A stretch of 64,000 nucleotides of DNA from positions 25,796 to 89,795 of the IMG/VR virus record IMGVR_UViG_3300032271_000682; one strand, given 5' to 3'. Source of the stretch: a virus. Shown here one piece after another: positions 10,954-20,433 of this stretch (position 1 is its first letter; the number at the start of each line of letters is the position of its first letter). Below the pieces are notes generated by a model, which was not told where the DNA came from, ran no database searches, and worked only from the letters and a program-made list of their open reading frames with translations. The position numbers were made by a program, and so were the translations under genes.

Positions 10954-11643
10954 TTAATCTCTATTCATAAGAGCATCAGTGTCATACACGGGGTCGGTCA
11001 TTACCAAAGTATTACCACGTAACATAAAATTTCCAGTATGTATGTCAAATTTAAATTTAGAGTTATAACTAAATTCTTTTAAAATTTGAATCGCATCCAT
11101 CAATTGTGGATAGGCATTACAGTATTTATTAAACAGATCAATTTCTTCTTTCGACATTCTTCTAGTTTCATTGTGTAACGTTAGTTTAATGAAATATATA
11201 ATATCATTCATTAATTGACCTCTCGTTGGGGCTAATTTTTCCATTCTAATTGCTGATACTTCTGGCGTAATTGGAAATGCTTTCGTACTAATAAATTTGG
11301 GAAAATGTGGATTATTTTTATTTTGAATGCACACGTTAACCCATCCAAGGTATGCTACGTCTGTAGTTCTAAACACTTTTAATACATATTGCAACTTTGG
11401 ATGTTCCCATACTGTTCCGAATGATCCAGAACCCATTGCAGTGAATCCATTATTTGTCATGACATCATGCCATTCTAATCCCAATGGTCGAGTATCAGCC
11501 GCACCTTGATCTTCATCTGGTTTAGGATATTTGAATCCAGGTTTAGGCAAATCTTTGATTTTATTTTTAATACCAACTAGTTCTGTCAATTTTTCTTCAT
11601 CGATTGAGCTATTGGTTTCGGGTAAAAATTCATGTGATTTCAT
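10954..11643 (-). CDS. Ser/Thr kinase-like protein (T7 gp0.7-like), paralog of 9957-10625
   Basis: GSGSFG, VLKVF, DIHTGNFM, MTDPV; start MKSHEFLPE downstream of minus-strand GATAAATAC at 11650-11658. Confidence 0.8.
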   Translation of the reverse strand: MKSHEFLPETNSSIDEEKLTELVGIKNKIKDLPKPGFKYPKPDEDQGAADTRPLGLEWHDVMTNNGFTAMGSGSFGTVWEHPKLQYVLKVFRTTDVAYLGWVNVCIQNKNNPHFPKFISTKAFPITPEVSAIRMEKLAPTRGQLMNDIIYFIKLTLHNETRRMSKEEIDLFNKYCNAYPQLMDAIQILKEFSYNSKFKFDIHTGNFMLRGNTLVMTDPVYDTDALMNRD

Positions 11644-11666
11644 TGTATAGTATTTATCCAAAGTAG

Positions 11667-11695
11667 TTGACATATGATATTCATTACAGTATACT
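11667..11695 (+). promoter_or_regulatory. sigma70-type promoter
   Basis: TTGACA-17-TATACT. Confidence 0.75.
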
Positions 11696-11883
11696 TATAA
11701 AATGAGCACAGAAAATTTATTTGATTTTACAAACGTACCTCAGTCTAAAAAACGAAAAGAGGTCATCGACGATGTTCGTAACATATTGATTGTGGAATTC
11801 TTGGGAGACAAATCCGGAGAATTACAAGCTAAAAAACTATTTGAAGAACTAGTAGGTCGTGGTTTAAAAGTGAAGATAATGTC

Positions 11884-12996
11884 ATGAGAACATATGAATT
11901 AACATTAAAATGTGATGCGCCAACTGACTTCTATTGTGTCAAAGCAGCCAACTCGGTTGACTTAGATATTGATAAGAAATTAACACATAATATTAAGATT
12001 AGAGCTGATCTTGACACTCGGTACAATGTTGGTCTTATCATTGGAGCAAGTGGATCAGGTAAGACTACTCTTGCTAAACATATTTGGGGAAACAATTGCT
12101 TTGATACACTACTAAAACCAGATACAGCTCCTATTTCACAATTCGATGAATCATATAGCTATGATGAACGAGTGGCATTCTTAAGCGGAGTTGGTTTAGC
12201 ATCACCCACTTGTTGGATTGCTCCATCTAAAACATTAAGTAACGGTCAACAAGCAAGAGCAGAAGCAGCATTACAAATGGCTAGATTAGACGGTAAGTTT
12301 ACAGTCATTGATGAATTTACTAGTGTAGTAGATAGAACTGTAGCCAAAGCAATGGCACACGCGGTACAAAAACATGCACGAAAAACAGGCAAGACTATAG
12401 CACTGCTCAGTTGTCACTATGATGTATTAGAATGGTTGAACCCAGATTGGGTCATCGATTGTAATACTCAAGAGTACACTGACCGGAGGTCACTTTGTCG
12501 AGGGTTTACCAGAACCGAAGAGCTTGTTTTTGGGATTAGACAACTTACTGACAACAAAAGTTGGAAAGTCTTTAGCAAGTATCACTATCTAAGCGATACT
12601 CTACCACCAGGAAAAAACTATAGTTTTGGATTGTTTAGTGGAGATAATCAGATTGGATTCTGTGCCTTTTCAAATTATGTAATGTGGAAACAAGAACATA
12701 AAGATAAAGGCATTCCAATGGTGTTACATGCTAATCGAATTGTAATTCATCCTGATTATTGTGGGTTCGGTTTGGGTGGCAAGTTTACTGATATATGTGC
12801 TGATCACTTACAAAATGAAATGGGCTTTGATGTTCAGATCAAATTGAGCAGTGCTAGTATGGCTATTTCGCTTAAACGAAATCCACGTTGGGAACTAAGA
12901 GAAGTTAAACGAAACATTCATAATATCTGGAGCAATCACGAGAATCGTAAGGGTAGAATGGATGTAAAAACGTGGTCGTTTAATTTTCTTGGCTAA
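11884..12996 (+). CDS. ABC-type ATPase fused to GNAT-like acetyltransferase
   Basis: GASGSGKT, LSNGQ, VIDEFTS; C-terminal RIVIHPDYCGFGLG acetyl-CoA-binding motif. Confidence 0.8.
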   Translation: MRTYELTLKCDAPTDFYCVKAANSVDLDIDKKLTHNIKIRADLDTRYNVGLIIGASGSGKTTLAKHIWGNNCFDTLLKPDTAPISQFDESYSYDERVAFLSGVGLASPTCWIAPSKTLSNGQQARAEAALQMARLDGKFTVIDEFTSVVDRTVAKAMAHAVQKHARKTGKTIALLSCHYDVLEWLNPDWVIDCNTQEYTDRRSLCRGFTRTEELVFGIRQLTDNKSWKVFSKYHYLSDTLPPGKNYSFGLFSGDNQIGFCAFSNYVMWKQEHKDKGIPMVLHANRIVIHPDYCGFGLGGKFTDICADHLQNEMGFDVQIKLSSASMAISLKRNPRWELREVKRNIHNIWSNHENRKGRMDVKTWSFNFLG

Positions 12997-13007
12997 TCCA
13001 AATTTTA

Positions 13008-13036
13008 TTGACAATAACGATAAATACGTGTATACT
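13008..13036 (+). promoter_or_regulatory. tmRNA promoter: sigma70 with embedded late-type motif
   Basis: TTGACA(13008)-17-TATACT(13031); GATAAATAC at 13019-13027. Confidence 0.8.
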
Positions 13037-13042
13037 ATGTTT

Positions 13043-13440
13043 TTAAAGAATTGTTGTAAACCCTGAGTAATCAGGACAGAAGTAAAGAGAAAAGTGTCCA
13101 AGACGAGGGTTCGATTCCCTCCAGCTTCACCATAAAGGGATTACATGAATTACATTGACAATACAATAGTGCTTGAAAACGGCAGAACAGTACATTATAC
13201 AAAAGATGTATCTAAAATGTCGCTTAAAGAAGCTAATAAAATGTTAGTCACTATTAGAAAGTCTCTTTATGATGGGGCTGACCAGGTTTCGATTGGGCAA
13301 AGAGTAACGGAATGGACAACTCGACACAGATAGTCGTAAAAAGTAAACAACCAATAAATGCTAACGATGAAAATTGGGCATTAGCCGCTTGAAAAAGTTG
13401 CTTAGGGTAGGAAATACCTCGTAACAGAAAATACCAATAG
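13043..13440 (+). ncRNA. ssrA: Circularly permuted (two-piece) tmRNA; tag ANDENWALAA
   Basis: T-arm gagggTTCGATTccctc and CAGCTTC-A-CCA ending 13132 precede the 5' end GGGGCTG at 13274; tag frame 13360-13392. Confidence 0.93.
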
Positions 13441-13464
13441 GGACTTTCGAGTCCCTATTTTTTT
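13436..13464 (+). terminator. Intrinsic terminator after tmRNA
   Basis: aatagggact-ttcg-agtccctatt followed by T run. Confidence 0.9.
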
Positions 13465-13497
13465 GACGATAAATACAGTATATGTTAGAGTATCACA

Positions 13498-13752
13498 ATG
13501 AAAATAGATAATAGCTCAGATTGGCAATTGGTAGACTTAGAGCTTAGCCGTCAAATTAGATCGTTAAACTTTAATTCTGATCTAAATAAAATGAAACGTA
13601 ATTTAGAAAAAATGGTTACAGAATTGAACAAGTCTGAAGTTGAGGCTCGTAGAGTCAAAACTAATAAATATATTCGTCCTAAGATAGACGAGATAAATAT
13701 AGCAATAGATCAATTGGAAAAATTGATCATTGTACTTATATTACGACAATAA
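13498..13752 (+). CDS. Hypothetical coiled-coil protein
   Basis: 84-aa ORF after GATAAATAC at 13468. Confidence 0.6.
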   Translation: MKIDNSSDWQLVDLELSRQIRSLNFNSDLNKMKRNLEKMVTELNKSEVEARRVKTNKYIRPKIDEINIAIDQLEKLIIVLILRQ

Positions 13753-13764
13753 TGGAGAAATAAA

Positions 13765-13914
13765 ATGAATACCTATTGGGCACATGTAAAAACCGGAACT
13801 GGTGGTTTTATCAAAGTAACAGTGCAGGCAGACAATGCTTATATTGCTGGTGAAATTCTTAAGAATACATATGGGGCAAATCTGATGACCTCAGCGGCTC
13901 TAGTAACAAGATAA
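13765..13914 (+). CDS. Small hypothetical protein (49 aa, MNTYWAHVKTG...)
   Basis: GGAG RBS and clean ORF; below the ORF-track cutoff. Confidence 0.65.
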   Translation: MNTYWAHVKTGTGGFIKVTVQADNAYIAGEILKNTYGANLMTSAALVTR

Positions 13915-13915
13915 G

Positions 13916-13969
13916 TGTTGTAAAAATACAACATAATATATTGACATTAAACCCATTATAGCTTATAAT
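13916..13969 (+). promoter_or_regulatory. TGTTG-N8-CAACA palindrome plus sigma70 early promoter
   Basis: Palindrome 13916-13933; TTGACA(13941)-17-TATAAT. Confidence 0.8.
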
Positions 13970-13999
13970 GGCTTTACAGTAACAGAAACGGAGTAAAAA

Positions 14000-14203
14000 A
14001 TGTCAGATAATAAAATTGATCGTACCGAGTACGATATGTTGTTTCCATCCGCTCAAGAATTCAAAACTTGGGTCGAAAATCAAGAGCTTATGGATGTTCG
14101 TGCCGAACTCAAGCGCCGCTTAACTGCTGCCATAGCTGAATCTAGTGAATCTCGTAAATATCCTAAAGAAGACTTTAGCCCATTCAACACGATTAATAGC
14201 TAA
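14000..14203 (+). CDS. Small early hypothetical protein
   Basis: GGAG RBS, downstream of a consensus promoter. Confidence 0.7.
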   Translation: MSDNKIDRTEYDMLFPSAQEFKTWVENQELMDVRAELKRRLTAAIAESSESRKYPKEDFSPFNTINS

Positions 14204-14281
14204 TGTTGTGTAAAAACAACACTTTTTATTGACAATAAATCCATATTTCTGTATAATATACACATACACTAGAGAAAAGGA
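14204..14281 (+). promoter_or_regulatory. Palindrome + sigma70 promoter + AC-rich leader cassette
   Basis: TGTTG-N8-CAACA 14204-14221; TTGACA(14229)-17-TATAAT; acacatacactagagaaaagga. Confidence 0.8.
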
Positions 14282-14446
14282 AGTAAAAATGTTCAAGCTA
14301 ATTTATGTCGATACTAAAGCTGATTTCACCAAAAAAGGTGAAGTTCTCACGTTCCCCACTCAACGAGATGCGGAATTTTACGTTCATTTTTATCATATGA
14401 ATCATTCAAACTATAACGTACAAGTTGCGTCTGTCAAATAGTTTGC

Positions 14447-14475
14447 TTGACAATAAATCCATTTTCCTGTAAAAT
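14447..14475 (+). promoter_or_regulatory. sigma70 early promoter (repeat-family copy)
   Basis: TTGACAATAAATCCAT...TAAAAT, 17-bp spacing. Confidence 0.75.
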
Positions 14476-14776
14476 ACACACATACACTCAAAAACAAGGA
14501 ATTAAACATGAATCAAAAAGTCGCTCAAGAACTTTCCGCTCAGTTTCAGATCAAAATGACTGACGCTGCCGATGTTCAGTATCATGCCGGTCTTGCTAAA
14601 CGTCGTCTAGAGACTGCCTTAGAAAATGCTCGTTTAGCATGGGAATCAATCATCGATGACGAGCGGGCATTACGCGCTCTTTACGTAGGTCGTCTTGAGG
14701 GCTGGAAGGGAAAATCTTGGTATACTGGCGTTTAAGCGGTATTCAATAAACACACACTCACATAAAGGAATTAAAC

Positions 14777-15043
14777 ATGAAAGCAAAAATCACTCTTTTG
14801 TATTACACGGATCCTGGTCATGGCTGGCTTCGCGTGCCGCTTAAAACTCTCACTAAACTGGGCATCGCCGATAAAATCACTTCATTTTCTTATAAACGAA
14901 CTGAGTACGCTTATCTTGAAGAAGATCAAGATATGACAACTTTTCTTCTGGCAATGAACGAAAAGGGCGTTGAAGTTGCTCGTAAAAATCGCAATACTAA
15001 TCGCGAATCTCGTATTCGTAAGTATGAGTCATACACAGTTTAA
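14777..15043 (+). CDS. Small phage protein with DPGHGW...YLEED motif
   Basis: AAGGA RBS; motif-like sequence; function unknown. Confidence 0.7.
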   Translation: MKAKITLLYYTDPGHGWLRVPLKTLTKLGIADKITSFSYKRTEYAYLEEDQDMTTFLLAMNEKGVEVARKNRNTNRESRIRKYESYTV

Positions 15044-15606
15044 TCTGTCACAATCAAAGGATTTCACAATGAATGCAGTCTATTTGCTAATGATGCGTTA
15101 TACTCTTGACGGCGAAACGGCACTTGATGATGTTGATATTGATCAAGTGGGTAACATGGTCATTGGCGTATATCTTTCTCAAGAAAACGCAGTTGCCGAA
15201 ATGGAAAAAACTAAAAAAGAATCTCAGTATCAGGATGACGTAGAATACTACGTTGACTATAAACAAATTCGTGATTCAGTCGTTTAATCGGGAAATTAAA
15301 TGTTCGAGACAATTTTAGGTAGCATGATTTACATTTTAGCGTTTGCGATTGGCTGGATGGGCGGTGTTAGATCGTTTGATAACGGTTGGATTGGCATTGC
15401 TATAGTAGCTGGGGGTATTGCGCTTACTGTAATTAGTATCAAATCAATGTTCAAATCAATGTTAACCGATATGGAAGAAAAAAGGAAAGTAAAACAAAAT
15501 GATTGACATTATACGCTCTACATCTCACGCTTTCAGTTGGCTCAGCACCAAACAAGTGTGTCAACGCTGGTCGGCATACTACTCAGCAATTAACTGGAGT
15601 TAAAGA

Positions 15607-15774
15607 ATGAGTTTCATGAGAGAAGCGGTTCGAGAATGGACTTGGAATGTCGGGCAAGATCGATCAGATCAACAGTGGATTCTTTCTGCCTATGACACAT
15701 GGGAACGTAATCCGCATTATCACGGACTCGATCAAGGTCATCCGGAAGATGACTATTATGAAGATGAAGAGTAA
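15607..15774 (+). CDS. Small acidic protein (55 aa, ...WILSAYDTWERNPHY...HPEDDYYEDEE)
   Basis: GGAG RBS; clean ORF below the track cutoff. Confidence 0.65.
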   Translation: MSFMREAVREWTWNVGQDRSDQQWILSAYDTWERNPHYHGLDQGHPEDDYYEDEE

Positions 15775-15848
15775 TTCGGTCAATGTAATCATTGACAATA
15801 AATCGCTTTCGTAATATAATTACTACTTACTTACTTCAAGGAAATTAC

Positions 15849-16949
15849 ATGGCACAGTCATCAACTGACAGTTATTCAGTCAATGCCGTTTTGGCACAAA
15901 AAGCAATTCTAGGATGTTTCGAGGCGGATTTATCTGCATTTATTTGGGGACCCCCAGGAATTGGTAAATCAGAATTAGTTGCCAAAATCGCTGAAGAAGG
16001 CGGTGGGCATATCATCGATATGCGTATGGCTCAAATGGAACCCACTGATTTACGTGGCATTCCATTCTTCAATCAAATTACTAAAAAAATGGATTGGGCT
16101 GACCCATCTGAATTGCCAAGCGAAGAACTTGCCAGCAAATATCCATTCGTCATCTTATTCTTAGATGAAATGAATAGTGCCCCTAGTACCGTTCAGGGCG
16201 CCGCATATCAATTGATCTTAAATGGTCGAATTGGTACATATGTAAAACCAAAAAATGTAAGAATTGTAGCCGCCGGTAATCGAGATAGTGATCGTGGTGT
16301 TACTTATCGTATGCCAATGCCATTGGCTAATCGATTTATTCATATTGAAATGAAACCAGATTTTGCTTCTTGGCAAGAATGGGCAATGATGAACGATGTT
16401 CATCAGGACGTAGTGTCATACTTGTCATATGCAAAACAACATATGTATGATTTTGATGCTAAATCTAGCAGCAAAGCATTTGCCACTCCTCGCTCATGGG
16501 GTTTTGTTAGTAAGTTTCTGTATACATGTACTGACCCAGAAACTTTATACACATTAGTTGCTGGTTCTGTAGGCGAGGGATTAGCTACATCTTTGATGGC
16601 TCATCGTAAAATTGCTTCTAAACTTCCAAATGCCGCTGATATTTTATCGGGTAAAGTAACAACATTGGAAACTAAAGAAATTTCAGCTCAATATTCATTG
16701 ACAGTTTCTTTATGTTACGAAATGAAAGATATTACTGATAACAAACGAGCTACTCGTGATGAATTCAATAAAATCTTTGATAACTTTCTTGGTTATATGT
16801 TAGCTAATTTTGAACCAGATTTGATTATTCTTGGTGGAAGAACTGCTCTCAAGACATATAAATTAGACTTTGATGTTACTAAACTTACTAATTTTGAAAC
16901 TTTTCATAAAAAATACGGACGACACATTCTTTCGGCTGTAAAAAAGTAA
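15849..16949 (+). CDS. MoxR-like AAA+ ATPase
   Basis: WGPPGIGKS, LFLDEMN, AAGNR, LANRF, TPRSW; promoter TTGACA(15792)-17-TATAAT. Confidence 0.9.
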   Translation: MAQSSTDSYSVNAVLAQKAILGCFEADLSAFIWGPPGIGKSELVAKIAEEGGGHIIDMRMAQMEPTDLRGIPFFNQITKKMDWADPSELPSEELASKYPFVILFLDEMNSAPSTVQGAAYQLILNGRIGTYVKPKNVRIVAAGNRDSDRGVTYRMPMPLANRFIHIEMKPDFASWQEWAMMNDVHQDVVSYLSYAKQHMYDFDAKSSSKAFATPRSWGFVSKFLYTCTDPETLYTLVAGSVGEGLATSLMAHRKIASKLPNAADILSGKVTTLETKEISAQYSLTVSLCYEMKDITDNKRATRDEFNKIFDNFLGYMLANFEPDLIILGGRTALKTYKLDFDVTKLTNFETFHKKYGRHILSAVKK

Positions 16950-16970
16950 TCAATCATTTACGGAGAAATA

Positions 16971-18221
16971 ATGAGTAATATTCACGCCAATAGTACACAT
17001 AAAAAAAAGAATGACAAATTTTCTAATTTAATCGGCAAAACTGATTTAAAAATTGACGAAAAAGCTCGTGATATGTTACTCATGGCACGAGTGAGTTTGT
17101 TAATCAATCATCCATTTTTTGGAAACTTAGCCACTCGTCTTAGAATGGTTAATGCTGATGAATGGTGTAGCACTGCTGCTACTGATGGTCGATTCTTTTA
17201 TTACAATAGTCGATTCATTACAATGTTGCGTGAAAAAGAAGTTGAATTTCTTTTTGGACACGAAGTGTTGCACGTAGTCTACGATCACATTGGTCGTACT
17301 GAACATCGTGATCATGAATTGTTTAATATTGCTAATGATTATGTGGTTAATGCTGATTTACGGCGACACAAAATCGGAGAATTCATTACATCAGTTCCTT
17401 GTTTGTATGAAGTAAAATACGATGGAAAGGCTAGCGAATGGGTCTACGATGATCTACTGAAAAATGCTCAACACATTGACATTAATTCTCTTATCGAACA
17501 AATGATTGATCAACATCTTGAAGGTGAAGATGATGACTCAGAAGAGGGAAAGGGTCCAGCCAAAATGACACAGGCTGAACGAGATGAATTACGTCAAGAA
17601 ATTAAACAAAGCATTATCAGCGCAGCACAATATGCATCAGCGGGTGAATTGCCTAAGGGGGTAGCTCGTTTATTAAATCAGTTTACTAATCCAACAATGC
17701 CATGGCAAGAATTGATTCAGACCAACTTGACTTCTTCCATTAAAAATGATTATTCTTTTTCTAGACCTAATCGTCGCGGCTGGCATCTAGATGCTGTTTT
17801 GCCAAGTATGACTCCGGGAGAAGAAATAGATGTATGTATCGCTCTTGATATGTCTGGTAGTATTTCTACTAAAGTTGGAAATCAATTTATCAGCGAAGTC
17901 GCTGGAATGATGGATATGTTTGCTGGCTATAAGATTCATATTTTTTGTTTCGACACAAATGTATATGCTGAGGCTGATTTTGATAGTCAGAATTTGGAAA
18001 CTATCGATGAGTATAAACCAAAGGGTGGCGGCGGTACTGACTTTACTGCGATCTTTAATCATCTTAAAAATCGTGGAGAACCAGTAAATCGTTTAATCGT
18101 ATTTACTGATGGTCTGCCTTTTGGAAGTTGGGGAACAGAAGATTTCTGTGATACAACTTGGATCATTCATGGAAGTAAAGATATTATTCCTCCATGGGGA
18201 ACCTACGCTTATTTTGATTAA
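16971..18221 (+). CDS. Metallopeptidase-like (HEXXH) + VWA domain protein, MoxR partner
   Basis: TAATDG, HEVLH; DMSGS MIDAS, GGGGTDF, FTDG. Confidence 0.88.
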   Translation: MSNIHANSTHKKKNDKFSNLIGKTDLKIDEKARDMLLMARVSLLINHPFFGNLATRLRMVNADEWCSTAATDGRFFYYNSRFITMLREKEVEFLFGHEVLHVVYDHIGRTEHRDHELFNIANDYVVNADLRRHKIGEFITSVPCLYEVKYDGKASEWVYDDLLKNAQHIDINSLIEQMIDQHLEGEDDDSEEGKGPAKMTQAERDELRQEIKQSIISAAQYASAGELPKGVARLLNQFTNPTMPWQELIQTNLTSSIKNDYSFSRPNRRGWHLDAVLPSMTPGEEIDVCIALDMSGSISTKVGNQFISEVAGMMDMFAGYKIHIFCFDTNVYAEADFDSQNLETIDEYKPKGGGGTDFTAIFNHLKNRGEPVNRLIVFTDGLPFGSWGTEDFCDTTWIIHGSKDIIPPWGTYAYFD

Positions 18222-18290
18222 AAATATTTTACTCTCTTAAATTAGTCATAAATATTTTAAGATATTTCTAACTAATTCAAGGAGAGTAAT

Positions 18291-19058
18291 ATGGCAAAAT
18301 TTATCAAGCACGTAGGTAAGATCGGTGATAGAAAAGTAGCAGTTGTATTCAGAGAAATTCCAAATGAGGAATGGATGTGTCTGGTAGTTTATACTGAAAC
18401 ATTAAATCAAAACATTCATGATCCTCTTATTACATGTATTGAGAGTGAGCCAGCTCAACGAATGGATAACTTGGCAGATGCGTTGAACAAAAATTATACT
18501 CGTGATGGTAAAATTTTGTTACAGGTTTTGCATGCCGAGGGTATGATGAAGAAAGTTCAAACAAGTCAAGTATTAATGACTCCAGCTCCAAATCAAGCAA
18601 TTAGATTAAGTGAACTCAACAGCATCATGAATGAAATGAGCAAGGGCGAAGATGCGGTCAAACGTTTGGCTGAGTTAGATGCTAGTCGTGGTCTTCAAGA
18701 TCCAAAAGATATTGCTCGTCGTATGCGTGAGAATCAAGAGCGTGAAGTAGCATCAAGAGACAATCGTAGTATTCCATCTACTAACGATGTAATTGGCGAC
18801 AGTGATTTAGCTCGTCAGCGTTTACAACAAGCTGAAAAAATGGCAGCAGAAGCTCGTGGATTATTAGCTGAAAGTGAAAGACTAACTCAAGAAGCCTATG
18901 GAATGGATAGTAGTTTGAATCCAGTTAAAGACAAAGTCAAAAAGACAGTAGATAAAACTACTAAGAAAGCGGCAGAGCCATTATCAGTATCGCAGATTTT
19001 GGCAGAACAAGCTCCTAGAAAAGCTGGTCGTCCTCGTAAGGCAACCGTAACAGGATAA
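18291..19058 (+). CDS. Hypothetical phage protein with basic C-terminal tail
   Basis: Strong RBS, 255 aa, C-terminal RKAGRPRK. Confidence 0.7.
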   Translation: MAKFIKHVGKIGDRKVAVVFREIPNEEWMCLVVYTETLNQNIHDPLITCIESEPAQRMDNLADALNKNYTRDGKILLQVLHAEGMMKKVQTSQVLMTPAPNQAIRLSELNSIMNEMSKGEDAVKRLAELDASRGLQDPKDIARRMRENQEREVASRDNRSIPSTNDVIGDSDLARQRLQQAEKMAAEARGLLAESERLTQEAYGMDSSLNPVKDKVKKTVDKTTKKAAEPLSVSQILAEQAPRKAGRPRKATVTG

Positions 19059-19062
19059 TACA

Positions 19063-19362
19063 ATGTCTCCAGAAGTTTTCGCAAAGTGGGAACATATAAT
19101 TGACGGAGTAGAAAAGACTAAAATACCCATCAAATTCGTCGAGAAACTCATTCTTAAGCTAGATGGTCGCAAACAAAAAACAATTAATATTAAAAAATTG
19201 TTTAGTCAGGGTCTTGAAGCTGAAGAAATTGAAATGGCAGTTGTTCGTAAATTAGACGAATATGATGAAGAAATGGTTGGTATTGAGTTTGTTCTAGATT
19301 ATCAGGGAATTGCCGACACTGTACAGCCAGAAATTGATGATCTCTTAAAATCGGTCAAATAG
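19063..19362 (+). CDS. Hypothetical protein
   Basis: 99-aa ORF with AGGA RBS. Confidence 0.65.
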   Translation: MSPEVFAKWEHIIDGVEKTKIPIKFVEKLILKLDGRKQKTINIKKLFSQGLEAEEIEMAVVRKLDEYDEEMVGIEFVLDYQGIADTVQPEIDDLLKSVK

Positions 19363-19414
19363 AATTTGACAAGACATTGTAATAATGTCATAATATCGTT
19401 TTAGAGAATATTCA

Positions 19415-20089
19415 ATGAAAGTTAAATTAATTAGTTATTCGCAACCAAGTCAAGAAGTCTTAGAAGAAGGTTTAAAAGACGCTCAAGACTTGGTTGCTTT
19501 TTGTGCGCGAGTGTCAAATCCAAGTAATCAAATGAACACTGAGACTAGTGAAAAGTTGATTAAATATCTGATCAAACATAAGCACTGGTCTCCAATGGAA
19601 ATGGTGTCTGTATGTTTAGAAATAGAAACTACTAGAGATATCGGACGTCAATTACTTCGTCATAGATCATTTTCGTTTCAAGAATTCTCACAACGATATG
19701 CTGATCCAACAAAGGACTTGAGCTTTGTCGTTCGCGAAGCTAGACTTCAAGATACAAAAAATCGTCAAAACAGTGTTGCTCTAGATATGACTAATGATGA
19801 TCAACGTCGCATTGCCTATCAATGGGAACAAGGTCAGCTAAATCTAACAAAACAAGCACAAGAATTATATACTTGGGCAATCTCAAAAGGTATTGCCAAA
19901 GAACAAGCACGTGCAGTGTTACCTGAGGGACTGACGATGAGTAGATTGTATGTTAATGGACCACTACGTAGCTGGATTCATTATATTGAAGTTCGCGCTG
20001 ATGAAAGTACTCAACTTGAGCATCGCGAGATTGCAATTGAATGTGCTAGAGTAATTGCCAAAGTATTTCCATTAATATCGGATTTATAA
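19415..20089 (+). CDS. thyX: Flavin-dependent thymidylate synthase
   Basis: HWSPMEM, RHRSFSFQEFSQRY motif, KEQARAVLP. Confidence 0.95.
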   Translation: MKVKLISYSQPSQEVLEEGLKDAQDLVAFCARVSNPSNQMNTETSEKLIKYLIKHKHWSPMEMVSVCLEIETTRDIGRQLLRHRSFSFQEFSQRYADPTKDLSFVVREARLQDTKNRQNSVALDMTNDDQRRIAYQWEQGQLNLTKQAQELYTWAISKGIAKEQARAVLPEGLTMSRLYVNGPLRSWIHYIEVRADESTQLEHREIAIECARVIAKVFPLISDL

Positions 20090-20412
20090 TGGCATTTATG
20101 GCACCCAGTCAGGAAGAGCGGCGTAAGCCTCCGTCGTTTAGGCGAGTCGGTGATCTAGTAGTTGAAGAGTCTGACATGCTAGTTTATGAATTTGTAATAG
20201 ATAATATAACAGAATCAAATCCAACGGCAGCTGCCTATTGGCAATTAGAAGATTGGCTAAAGACAGATTCTGGGCAATGGATACTTGAACATTCGGTAGA
20301 CGAGCCGTATATATTGTGGTACGAAAATGCCATATACGGTGGGTATACATATCGTATAATGGTCAGACTACGCAAACAAGATCAAACTTATTTCGCATTG
20401 AAATATAAATGA
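20089..20412 (+). CDS. Small protein of the F-x-L-[RK]-W-tail paralog family
   Basis: C-terminal DQTYFALKYK. Confidence 0.6.
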   Translation: MAFMAPSQEERRKPPSFRRVGDLVVEESDMLVYEFVIDNITESNPTAAAYWQLEDWLKTDSGQWILEHSVDEPYILWYENAIYGGYTYRIMVRLRKQDQTYFALKYK

Positions 20413-20433
20413 AAACTATTAATCGGATTTATA

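Noticed and set aside
13101-13132. Stand-alone tRNA gene suggested by the TTCGATT arm and CCA
   Set aside because: No upstream acceptor 5' strand, D arm or anticodon arm; it pairs with GGGGCTG downstream, so it is the acceptor piece of a permuted tmRNA.
13916-13933. LexA/SOS box reading of the TGTTG-N8-CAACA palindrome
   Set aside because: The beta/gammaproteobacterial SOS box is CTGT-N8-ACAG; the half-sites do not match.
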